A DNA stretch of 64,000 nt from an uncultured virus (IMG/VR IMGVR_UViG_3300042691_024885). Its lineage: Duplodnaviria; Heunggongvirae; Uroviricota; Caudoviricetes. Of the stretch, positions 52,916 to 61,281 are shown piece by piece (the stretch's first letter is position 1; every line of letters begins with the position of its first letter). Location: the IMG/VR virus record IMGVR_UViG_3300042691_024885; one strand, written 5' to 3'. The notes beneath the pieces are model-generated. The model had not been told where the DNA came from, did no database searches, and saw nothing but the letters and a program-made list of their open reading frames with translations. The translations under genes were made by a program, and so were the position numbers.

Positions 52916-53026
52916 ATGGAAGAAAATTACATTGAAGTACAAGTTGGGGTAGGAATTAATCAGATATTTCCTGAAACGATTAAGATCGCCATTTCAAAAG
53001 AGGATGAGACCGAAGAAGAGGAATAA
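52916..53026 (+). CDS. Micro-ORF (36 aa, MEENYIEVQVGVG...EEEE), not in the ORF track
   Basis: A-rich leader; fills the intergenic gap. Confidence 0.5.
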   Translation: MEENYIEVQVGVGINQIFPETIKIAISKEDETEEEE

Positions 53027-53052
53027 TTTTTAAACAATCAAAAATAAAAACG

Positions 53053-53298
53053 ATGGGTAAGAAAACCAAAGAACACAGAAAAAAAGTTGCAAAAAGAAAT
53101 CAAAGAATTTCTGAGGAAAAAACTAAAGTGCAAAGACAATTTAATAAACTCCTAAAGGAAGAAATGGACAAACTTCAGCAAAATGAGGAATTGAATATTC
53201 AAATGGGTGATAAACCATTGAACTTTGAATTTGTTGATGGTCAAGAAGAACAAACAACTGAAATTTCTGTAACAAACGAAGAAAGTGTTAATGAATAA
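53053..53298 (+). CDS. Small protein with basic N-terminus and acidic C-terminus
   Basis: 'MGKKTKEHRKKVAKRN'. Confidence 0.7.
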   Translation: MGKKTKEHRKKVAKRNQRISEEKTKVQRQFNKLLKEEMDKLQQNEELNIQMGDKPLNFEFVDGQEEQTTEISVTNEESVNE

Positions 53299-53301
53299 CA
53301 A

Positions 53302-55683
53302 ATGGATCTATTTAATCCACCAAAACCATTTAATTATAAAATTATGATAAACGATTTAGATTTTTCTGAATTTCAAAACCCAACAATACAAGTTGTATGG
53401 GAAGATATACAAGAAAATTTTACGCAAGACAAGATAAAAAGTGTAAAACAATATTTTCAGAAAAAGTACAACTCAACAAATGTAAATGTAGTAACTAAAG
53501 TTAAAAATGTTGAGCAAGATACTATGCAAAGTGTTGATGTATCCGTCAACATAATGGATAGTAATTATCAGATTGATCTACTTCGTGAATTTTTAAAATC
53601 AAAAGGATTTGAATCTCAAACTGATGAGATATTATCAATTAATAATATTGTTGAAAATAAAGTTTCTGAATCCTATGATGAAGCAACATCATTCAAAAAA
53701 TGGTATATTAAAAACATTGAGTTTTCTAATTTCCTATCTTATGGTGATAACCAAAAAATTGATTTTGACAAATGTAATGGTATAACTATTATTGAATCAA
53801 ATCCACCAAATTTTGGGGGTAAAACGGTATTAAGTGTGGATCTACTAATGTTTTTATTCTTTAACGAAACAACAAAAACGACAAAGGCAGAGGAAATCTT
53901 TAATAGATTTACAAACAAGGATAAGGTTGTTGTTAAGGGAGATGTTATTATTGATGGTGAAGAGTATATCATAGTAAGAAACATTGAAAGAAAAATGTCC
54001 AAAAAAGGTGAGTGGAATGTTAAAACTGAATTGGACTTTTTCAAAAAACTTGCGGATGGGAGTTTACAGAATTTTACTGGTGAACAAAGAAGAGAAACTG
54101 AAAACTTTATTAAGTCCTCAATCGGAACCAAAGAAGATTTTTTGATGACGATTCTAACCACCGCAACCAATCTTGAGGATCTCATTGACTCCAAGCCTAC
54201 GGCTAGGGGTCAAGTCCTCTCAAGATTTATGGGTCTTGAATTCTTAAAAAGAAAAGAAGAAGTTGCAAAAACATTGTATTCGGACTTTTCAAAATCAATG
54301 TTATCAAATGTTTATAATACCGAACAATTAAAACAAGACAATAAACAGTATGAGGAAGACATTAATAATATTAATAATCAGATTAAAACTCTTAATGTTG
54401 AACTTGTTGATATTGAAGAAAAATTAAAGGTGGGTAAAAATTATCGCGATGATATGTTGAGAAAAAAACATACAGATATTGATAATGAAATTGCGCAAAC
54501 AAACCCAACCAAAGTTCAAGAAGAAATTAATTCATTGAATTATCAAAAAGATGAAGTTCTTAAAAAAATGAATGAAATAAATGTTATTGAACCATCTGAA
54601 TATTATCACGAAGATAAACACGACGAAGCAAAAGAACAATATAACAATTTAAATAAAGAGTTGATCCAACTTGAAACAAAAATTGAAGAAATTGAAAAAT
54701 TAAAAACTTCAGTTGAAGGTGGAATTAAATGTGAACATTGTGGAATTGAGTTAATAAACGCAGCGATCACCAATCAAAAAATTTCAGAACTTGATGGTTT
54801 TATCATGCAAAAAGATACAATTTGGACAACAATGCAGGTTTTAACAGGCATAGAACAAACATTTGTAAGGTTGAAAAAAGAATTTGATGAGTATGAAAAA
54901 AACAAACTTATCAGAGAAAAATACGAATTAAGTGTTGAAAGTTTTGATTTGAAGACCCAAAATCTCAATCAGAAAATGGAAAGATATAACCAACTTCTTG
55001 ATAAAATTAAAGAAAATGAAAAAATTGAAGGTTTGTTGATTAAAGCTGGAATGAGAATTGATGATTTGGAAAGAGAAAAGGCAGATAAAAAAAATAAAAT
55101 AACTTCAAACGAATTTGAAATTAATAATCTTAGATCTAAAATAGAAACCAACTTGAGGACTATCATTAAAATAAATGAAGAGTCTGAAAAAGAAAAACTT
55201 TATAAGATTTACTTGGAGGCTTTTGGTAAAAATGGTGTATCAAAAATTATTATGAAAACAATGATGCCTTTGATAAATTCTGAATTACAAAGATTAATGG
55301 AGGATAGTTCATACTTCAGATTAGAAATTAGGATTAATGATAAAAATGAGGTTGAATTCATTATGATAGATAATAGTACGGGTATTGAAAAACTAATGAC
55401 ATCAGGATCTGGATATGAAAGAACAATTGCATCTTTGGCTTTGAGATCAGTTTTAAGTAAAATATGTTCTTTACCTAAACCAAATGTTGTTGTATTTGAT
55501 GAGGTTTTTGGTAAAATATCAAATGATAATTTAGATATGGTATCTGAATTTTTCATTAAAATAAAAGAGTATTTTGAGAAAATTTTTGTTATCACCCATA
55601 ATCCTATGATCAGTCAATGGGCGGATTCCATAATAAAAATCAAAAAAGAAAATAATATTTCAGAAATATATCAGCAAGTTTAA
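53302..55683 (+). CDS. sbcC: Rad50/SbcC-like ATPase with N-terminal extension
   Basis: 'IEFSNFLSYG', Walker A 'NFGGKT', Zn hook 'CEHC', 'SGYE', Walker B 'FDEVFG', 'ITH' and long coiled coils. Confidence 0.9.
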   Translation: MDLFNPPKPFNYKIMINDLDFSEFQNPTIQVVWEDIQENFTQDKIKSVKQYFQKKYNSTNVNVVTKVKNVEQDTMQSVDVSVNIMDSNYQIDLLREFLKSKGFESQTDEILSINNIVENKVSESYDEATSFKKWYIKNIEFSNFLSYGDNQKIDFDKCNGITIIESNPPNFGGKTVLSVDLLMFLFFNETTKTTKAEEIFNRFTNKDKVVVKGDVIIDGEEYIIVRNIERKMSKKGEWNVKTELDFFKKLADGSLQNFTGEQRRETENFIKSSIGTKEDFLMTILTTATNLEDLIDSKPTARGQVLSRFMGLEFLKRKEEVAKTLYSDFSKSMLSNVYNTEQLKQDNKQYEEDINNINNQIKTLNVELVDIEEKLKVGKNYRDDMLRKKHTDIDNEIAQTNPTKVQEEINSLNYQKDEVLKKMNEINVIEPSEYYHEDKHDEAKEQYNNLNKELIQLETKIEEIEKLKTSVEGGIKCEHCGIELINAAITNQKISELDGFIMQKDTIWTTMQVLTGIEQTFVRLKKEFDEYEKNKLIREKYELSVESFDLKTQNLNQKMERYNQLLDKIKENEKIEGLLIKAGMRIDDLEREKADKKNKITSNEFEINNLRSKIETNLRTIIKINEESEKEKLYKIYLEAFGKNGVSKIIMKTMMPLINSELQRLMEDSSYFRLEIRINDKNEVEFIMIDNSTGIEKLMTSGSGYERTIASLALRSVLSKICSLPKPNVVVFDEVFGKISNDNLDMVSEFFIKIKEYFEKIFVITHNPMISQWADSIIKIKKENNISEIYQQV

Positions 55684-55716
55684 TTTTTTAATTATCTTTG
55701 TAAGAAATAATAGAAT

Positions 55717-56262
55717 ATGAAGTATCTAATGTTCGTTTATGGATCAAGTGAATCCATCAATAGTGAAGACATCACAACAAAAATTGGTAAAGAACTACAA
55801 CCAGTTACAACTGATGGATCAAGTATAAAATATGTTTTTGGTGATGAAAATGCTATTTTTCATTTTAATTCTGATTTGAGTTTTCAGGAAATGACAATTT
55901 ATGCCGACATGGTAATTGATTCTTTCCCTGAATTTTTATTTGTATTATTACCTTTTAATGGAGAAATTTCATCTAACTTTGATGACGATAGGATGAAACA
56001 TCTTTTGGATGTTGGTCTTGAAAAAAATAAGACAGATAAAAACAGAATTGAAATTGAAATAGATGAGGTTTTATTGAATGACGATGCGATTTTTGATGTG
56101 TTTATTGGAATGATAAACGATACTAATAATTCTTTTGGCAAAAAAAAGAAAGAAGTTATTTGTGAAATGACATTGGATGAATTACTTGATAAGATTGCGG
56201 ATCATGGTATTAACTCATTAAGTGATATTGAAAGAAAAAAGTTGGAGGAATATTCAAAATAA
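55717..56262 (+). CDS. Hypothetical protein with C-terminal DUF6576-like helix pair
   Basis: 'LDELLDKIADHGINSLSDIERKKL'. Confidence 0.6.
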   Translation: MKYLMFVYGSSESINSEDITTKIGKELQPVTTDGSSIKYVFGDENAIFHFNSDLSFQEMTIYADMVIDSFPEFLFVLLPFNGEISSNFDDDRMKHLLDVGLEKNKTDKNRIEIEIDEVLLNDDAIFDVFIGMINDTNNSFGKKKKEVICEMTLDELLDKIADHGINSLSDIERKKLEEYSK

Positions 56263-56268
56263 ATATAT

Positions 56269-57069
56269 ATGAAAGAAAAGAACACAGGAGCACCTATTAA
56301 TCAAGAAGAGATATCTCATTACTTGAAAGATATTAGAAGAATTAAAGTGATGACACCTGAAAGAGAGAAGGAGTTGTCAAAAATTATGATGTCTGAAAAT
56401 TTGACAGAACGTCAAAGAAAGGAAGTTGAACATGAATTACTTATTGGTAATTTGAGATTCGTCATTACTGTGGCAAAACAATATCAAAATCAAGGTTTAC
56501 CTCTACCTGATCTAATTAATGAAGGTAATTTTGGGTTGTTAAAGGCGATCAAAAATTTTGATTGGAGTAAAAATCTACGTCTTATTTCATATGCCGTTTG
56601 GTGGATTAAACAGTCAATCATTCAATCTCTTAATGATCATGCGAGAACTATACGACTACCGGTTAATGTGGTTCAAGAATTACAAAAATCTAAGAAGGAG
56701 ATTGAAAACAATGGAGGTAAATTATCCGATAAGTTTTCAACCTTACCTAGTACTATTGACTTGGATATGAATATCAATGAAGAGGGTGATACTTTGATTG
56801 ATATGATTCCAAATATGGATGCGGACGCTCCTGATTCCGCATTTAATACTAAAGATCTCCTAAAGGATAAATTGATGAAAACTTTGGATGTGTTAGATGA
56901 GAGAGAAAGAATAATTGTTGAGGATTATTTTGGATTGACTGGTACACCAAGAACTTTAGAAGATATTGGTAGTGATTTTGGGCTTACAAAGGAAAGAGTT
57001 AGACAAATTAAGGAGAAAGCATTACGTAAATTAAGAAACGACTCTTCAGAATTATTTGAATATTTATAA
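56269..57069 (+). CDS. Phage-encoded sigma70-family RNA polymerase sigma factor
   Basis: Region 2 'NLRFVITVAKQY...DLINEGNFGL..A..FD...ISYAVWWIKQ' and region 4 'TLEDIG..FGLTKERVRQIKEKALRKLR'. Confidence 0.93.
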   Translation: MKEKNTGAPINQEEISHYLKDIRRIKVMTPEREKELSKIMMSENLTERQRKEVEHELLIGNLRFVITVAKQYQNQGLPLPDLINEGNFGLLKAIKNFDWSKNLRLISYAVWWIKQSIIQSLNDHARTIRLPVNVVQELQKSKKEIENNGGKLSDKFSTLPSTIDLDMNINEEGDTLIDMIPNMDADAPDSAFNTKDLLKDKLMKTLDVLDERERIIVEDYFGLTGTPRTLEDIGSDFGLTKERVRQIKEKALRKLRNDSSELFEYL

Positions 57070-57077
57070 AAAAATAT

Positions 57078-57108
57078 TTTGCCAATTAAATAATATCCAT
57101 TATCTTTG
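57078..57108 (+). promoter_or_regulatory. Bacteroidota-type housekeeping promoter TTTG-N19-TATCTTTG
   Basis: Exact fit to the -33 TTTG / -7 TAnnTTTG consensus. Confidence 0.75.
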
Positions 57109-57132
57109 TAAGACAAACAAATAAGATAAGAC

Positions 57133-57525
57133 ATGACGGTAACAGAAAAAATCACAAAACTACAAGAGTTGACCAAAGAGATTAATTCAATTAAAAAAAA
57201 CTTCAATATAGATATGTTTAATTTCGTTATTGAGGAGTTTAAAAAAAGAGGATTTGTAACCGATCCACGAGGAAAAGACTTTGAAAGAGGTCTATACAAC
57301 TCTGAACTGAAAGTGTCAGTTCGCATCGGTAATATTGGGACATCATATATTAGTATATCAGTGATTGATATGGTTAATAACGGAATGAATTGGGGTAGTG
57401 CGTATAATAAAATACCTGGAGGCACTCAAATCAGATTTAATTACCTTAAAAATGATTTTGAGGGGTTCTACAACACAACTTTTACAAATCGTGTAAAAAA
57501 ATTGGAAGAAATTTTGGCAAAATAA
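57133..57525 (+). CDS. Hypothetical early protein (130 aa)
   Basis: ORF downstream of a host-type promoter. Confidence 0.7.
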   Translation: MTVTEKITKLQELTKEINSIKKNFNIDMFNFVIEEFKKRGFVTDPRGKDFERGLYNSELKVSVRIGNIGTSYISISVIDMVNNGMNWGSAYNKIPGGTQIRFNYLKNDFEGFYNTTFTNRVKKLEEILAK

Positions 57526-57543
57526 AAAAAATATATATCTTTG
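57513..57543 (+). promoter_or_regulatory. Bacteroidota-type housekeeping promoter TTTG-N19-TATCTTTG
   Basis: Second exact consensus match, with no credible CDS downstream. Confidence 0.75.
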
Positions 57544-57549
57544 TAAAAC

Positions 57550-57617
57550 AAACAAAAGTTCTTTATGTCAGAATACATTAAGAACAACCACGGTCAGAAC
57601 ACCGTGGTTTTGTTTTT
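57550..57617 (+). ncRNA. Candidate small structured RNA with two CAGAAY-loop hairpins
   Basis: Promoter immediately upstream. Hairpins are GTTCTT-T-ATGT[CAGAAT]ACAT-T-AAGAAC and AACCACGGT[CAGAAC]ACCGTGGTT; the ends AAACAAAA/TTTTGTTT are complementary; the 3' end is U-rich. Confidence 0.6.
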
Positions 57618-58011
57618 ATACGAAAATTTGAAGTTGACCCTTACCAACAGTAAAGTCAGATTTTTTCATTACCGTGATAACGATCAGATTCCAATATGTG
57701 GACTCTATTTTTTCAGGATCTATAACAAGATTCAAGTTATCCCCTTTCTCTCTTGACACAATAAATCTTCTTTTGTGTCTAATATTACCGTCAATAATAT
57801 TATATACAATTTCATCTGAAGCCTGTTTAAGTAGTTTAACAATATCAAAATCACTTATTTTATGTTCAGATCCATGTCTCCACTTTCTTTGTTGCGTATG
57901 ACCATATTCATCATGGTATAAATCAAAATCAAAAGTAATCTCATTACTTATCTCATGAAATTTCTGTTCCTGTAATAAAGTTTTTTTAATTAATCCCTCT
58001 AACGTTGACAT
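57616..58011 (-). CDS. Hypothetical late protein, possible BECR/RelE-like RNase fold; likely start 58011
   Basis: TATTTAT lies 4 nt before ATG 58011; pattern 'HTQQRKWRH...ISDFDIV...LIVITVMKK'. Confidence 0.55.
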   Translation of the reverse strand: MSTLEGLIKKTLLQEQKFHEISNEITFDFDLYHDEYGHTQQRKWRHGSEHKISDFDIVKLLKQASDEIVYNIIDGNIRHKRRFIVSREKGDNLNLVIDPEKIESTYWNLIVITVMKKSDFTVGKGQLQIFV

Positions 58012-58071
58012 AATAATAAATATCATATTAACTTCTTTATTTTATTTTTTGATATTTATTGATTATAATTT

Positions 58072-59196
58072 ATGATTATGAAAGAGAAATTTTTACCTTG
58101 GTTTTTATTGTTCTGTGCATTAGGTTTATCGGGTGCTGCGGCATTTTATAGTGTTTATGGGTTATCAATAGTGTTTATTGGTGTTGCGATTCCTGTTATA
58201 GTAATGGGATCCTTTTTGGAGATATCAAAAATCGCAATTGCGACTTATCTTCATGATAAATGGAAAGAAACTTATGGTATTTTAAAAATATATTTAACAA
58301 TTGCCCTTGTTATATTATCCGTAATAACTTCAATGGGGATCTATGGATTATTGAGTAGCGGATTCCAACAGAACATTGCAAAACTTGAAATTAATAATAA
58401 GAAAATAAAAAACATTGAGGTTAAAAAAGAAAGATTTGAGGAAATAAAAAAAGATATATCAAAAGAGAAAGGAACACTTGACGGAGACATAACAAACTTA
58501 AGGGATGGACTTTCAAAAAATACAACAACTCAAAGTGTTGATAGAACAACAGGACAATTAATAACAAGAGCAAATAATGCAAATAGAAAAACATTTGAGG
58601 ATCAATTAAAACAGGCACAAATAAGAAGAGATGAACTTGGAAATAAGTTTGATGCGATTAATGATAGTATTACCGAACTTGATGTTACGATACTTGATAT
58701 GGAGTCTGAAGAAGTGTCATCAAGTGAACTTGGTGCTATAAAATATTTAAGTGAAGTACTTGGGTGGGATATAAAAAGAACCGCAAATCTTTTTATATTG
58801 ATCTTAATATTTGTGTTTGATCCATTGGCGATAACTCTTGTTATTGCAACAAATCAAGCTTTTAAAGTAAAGAAAAAAGATGAAGAAACCCCTCAAGTAA
58901 CCCCTAACCATCCCCCAAGTACCGACCAAGTAATTGATGAAAAAAGAGTTGAACAATTGACTGATTTACAGAAAGAATCAAAAAAGGTGTGGGATAATGT
59001 TCGTAGACTTAGAGAGGAAGGTAAATTACCTCCACCACCAACTGAAGAAGAAGTTTTAGAAGAACCAACCGCACTTGCGTTTACCCCATATGAAATTGAG
59101 AGTAAATCAGATAATGAGGAATTTTTCCAAGAGGATGTATTTTTTCCTGAAGAAAAAAAAACTAAAAGATTAGTATACACAAAGAAAGATGTTTGA
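58072..59196 (+). CDS. Multi-pass membrane protein with long coiled coil
   Basis: Three N-terminal hydrophobic helices, a coiled coil, then 'LIFVFDPLAITLVIA'. Confidence 0.7.
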   Translation: MIMKEKFLPWFLLFCALGLSGAAAFYSVYGLSIVFIGVAIPVIVMGSFLEISKIAIATYLHDKWKETYGILKIYLTIALVILSVITSMGIYGLLSSGFQQNIAKLEINNKKIKNIEVKKERFEEIKKDISKEKGTLDGDITNLRDGLSKNTTTQSVDRTTGQLITRANNANRKTFEDQLKQAQIRRDELGNKFDAINDSITELDVTILDMESEEVSSSELGAIKYLSEVLGWDIKRTANLFILILIFVFDPLAITLVIATNQAFKVKKKDEETPQVTPNHPPSTDQVIDEKRVEQLTDLQKESKKVWDNVRRLREEGKLPPPPTEEEVLEEPTALAFTPYEIESKSDNEEFFQEDVFFPEEKKTKRLVYTKKDV

Positions 59197-59785
59197 TATT
59201 ATTGAATTTGGAAACTTCAAACCAACAGGTAAACAAAAGAAGAAAAAACAAATTATATTAACTCACACATCAAGAGAAGTTAATACATATTTGATGTCAT
59301 TGAAATATAGGTACAATGGAAGATACGATAAAATACCAAATTACATTGTAGATAGAGAGGGTAAAATAATAAAGTTATTGAACGATAACGAACATAGTAA
59401 TTTCTTTCCAACTCAAAACGTAAATAGGAATTCAATTGTCATATCATTGGAAAATTTAGGTTGGTTGGAAAAACAACCATTAAAAAATTCACACATTAAC
59501 TGGATTGGTAATATTTATAATGAGAAGGTTTTTGAAAAAAAATGGAGAGACTATTTTTTTTGGCAACCATACACTGAAATACAGGTTATTCAAACCGCAA
59601 AATTGTGTAAAGAGCTAACAAATAAACTTTCAATAAATAAAGAATGTGTAGGTCACAACACTAGAGTTAATGGTGTTGAAAAATATGAAGGAATAGTCAC
59701 TAGAAGTAATTTTAATAGTGAATACACTGATTTAAGTCCAGCATTTAATTTTGATGAATTTATAAATTATATAGAAAATGAGTGA
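59189..59785 (+). CDS. N-acetylmuramoyl-L-alanine amidase-like protein (Amidase_2 fold), endolysin candidate
   Basis: 'KKQIILTHT', 'YIVDREGKI', 'SIVISLEN.G', 'YTEIQV' and 'TDLSPAF'. Confidence 0.75.
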   Translation: MFDIIEFGNFKPTGKQKKKKQIILTHTSREVNTYLMSLKYRYNGRYDKIPNYIVDREGKIIKLLNDNEHSNFFPTQNVNRNSIVISLENLGWLEKQPLKNSHINWIGNIYNEKVFEKKWRDYFFWQPYTEIQVIQTAKLCKELTNKLSINKECVGHNTRVNGVEKYEGIVTRSNFNSEYTDLSPAFNFDEFINYIENE

Positions 59786-60401
59786 TTACGAGCAAATACA
59801 AAAAATGTTAAAAACAACAAGATCTTTGTTGGGTGGTAATATCCTTCAAGAGCAAGTTTCTGACATTAAAAAAAGTCATGGATTAATTAATGAACAGGAA
59901 GGAGATGAAGATGCCGAAATGATTAACCCAATTACAAAAATTAATCCGTTAAAAGATTTAGAAAAAAGAGCAGAATATGAAACCGCCGATTCTGATGAAA
60001 AGGAGACTTCAAAAAGTGAAAGAAAAAAGGCTTACAGAATATCTGGAGGTATATTGGTTTTACATGGGACAGATGAGGCTGATGTTCAGTTAACTACTGA
60101 TGATAAAAGAGCATTCCAAGAAAGTATGGATGAGTTTGTTGCTGAAGTGGCTGAGATTGTGGACTTCAATAAATTAAACGTTTACGATAATAATGTTGAG
60201 TGGTCGGGTAAAGTAACTGAACTTGATATTGAGTTTTTCTTGTCAATTGGAGAATCAAAAGGGGTATATATAAACGGAACGATGATCAAACTTGATGATG
60301 ATTTTCTTGACTTTGTAAATAAATTACAAGTTTTCTATGAGAAGTTTAAATCAAAATGGTCAAAAGTTATTGCTGCTAAAAAGAAAACACCTGAGAAATA
60401 A
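59778..60401 (+). CDS. Hypothetical acidic protein
   Basis: Overlapping ORF within an operon; 'ILQEQ' and 'LINEQ' motifs. Confidence 0.65.
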   Translation: MSDYEQIQKMLKTTRSLLGGNILQEQVSDIKKSHGLINEQEGDEDAEMINPITKINPLKDLEKRAEYETADSDEKETSKSERKKAYRISGGILVLHGTDEADVQLTTDDKRAFQESMDEFVAEVAEIVDFNKLNVYDNNVEWSGKVTELDIEFFLSIGESKGVYINGTMIKLDDDFLDFVNKLQVFYEKFKSKWSKVIAAKKKTPEK

Positions 60402-61033
60402 TGAAATTTATTAAAAAATTAGATCTTAAAAGTTTAACAATCATAGGATTGGTGATTGTCTTATTGTTAATGAGGATGTGTACATCTACAGGTACGGGTA
60501 ATAATCCAGACGATAACATTAAAATAAACGGTAAAAAATATACAGTTATTAAGAGAGAGATTGATACCGTATATGTACCGACTCACGATACTATATTTAG
60601 ACCAGGAAAGACAATTTATGTTGATGTACCCATTTATGTCAATGTACCACCAAATGTTGACACTGCGGAAATATTGAAAGACTATTATGCTAAATATACA
60701 TACAAAGATACTTTACGTCTTAAAGATAGTTTAGGGTATATTGCGATTAGAGACACAATATTTAAAAATAGAATTTTGAATAGACATTTTGATGTTAATG
60801 TTAATAAAATTAAGATAAAAGAAGTGGTTTATGTTGAACCTGTTAAAAGATTAGAATTTTATTTTGGTGGTGTAATAGGATTTGATAAAGTTGATATTAT
60901 AAACTTTGCCGGACCAACTTTAATGTTAAAAGATAAAAAAGATAAAGTATACTCATTAGGAATAGGTTATAATAACGCTAAAACACTTTCAATACAAGGA
61001 GGGATGTATTGGAAAATTAAATTTAAAAAATAA
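60401..61033 (+). CDS. Membrane-anchored protein, spanin-like candidate
   Basis: N-terminal TM helix followed by Cys, 'DTVY/DTI' repeats and C-terminal amphipathic beta strands; near the amidase. Confidence 0.5.
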   Translation: MKFIKKLDLKSLTIIGLVIVLLLMRMCTSTGTGNNPDDNIKINGKKYTVIKREIDTVYVPTHDTIFRPGKTIYVDVPIYVNVPPNVDTAEILKDYYAKYTYKDTLRLKDSLGYIAIRDTIFKNRILNRHFDVNVNKIKIKEVVYVEPVKRLEFYFGGVIGFDKVDIINFAGPTLMLKDKKDKVYSLGIGYNNAKTLSIQGGMYWKIKFKK

Positions 61034-61035
61034 AA

Positions 61036-61281
61036 ATGGCACTTACTCAATCTGATAAAAAAGAAATTGAAACTATGATCAGAAAAGAAATAAAAGATTT
61101 CTTAGGATCAACTACTGTCAAACAGTTTGAGGATAAATTAATGGATAAAATCTCAAAAGATGTAAAAAGAGGTAAACTTGAAAAAGACATCAAGGATTTA
61201 ATCATAAAATCATTCAGAGAGTTCTACACGATAATGTATCAACAAAGAAGTTTCTGGGAATCAAGATTCAAAGGAGTGTAA
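61036..61281 (+). CDS. Hypothetical helical protein
   Basis: 81-aa ORF coupled to the next gene. Confidence 0.65.
   Translation: MALTQSDKKEIETMIRKEIKDFLGSTTVKQFEDKLMDKISKDVKRGKLEKDIKDLIIKSFREFYTIMYQQRSFWESRFKGV

Noticed and set aside
50778..56141. Long minus-strand Ser/Phe/Ile-rich ORFs opposite SbcC and neighbouring genes
   Set aside because: They are antisense shadows of Glu/Lys-rich coding sequence, with no motifs or leaders of their own.
57565..57756. 63-aa plus-strand ORF after the second host-type promoter
   Set aside because: Its ATG lies inside hairpin 1, it runs through a terminator-like stem, and it overlaps the opposite gene. A structured RNA explains the sequence better, though translation is not formally excluded.
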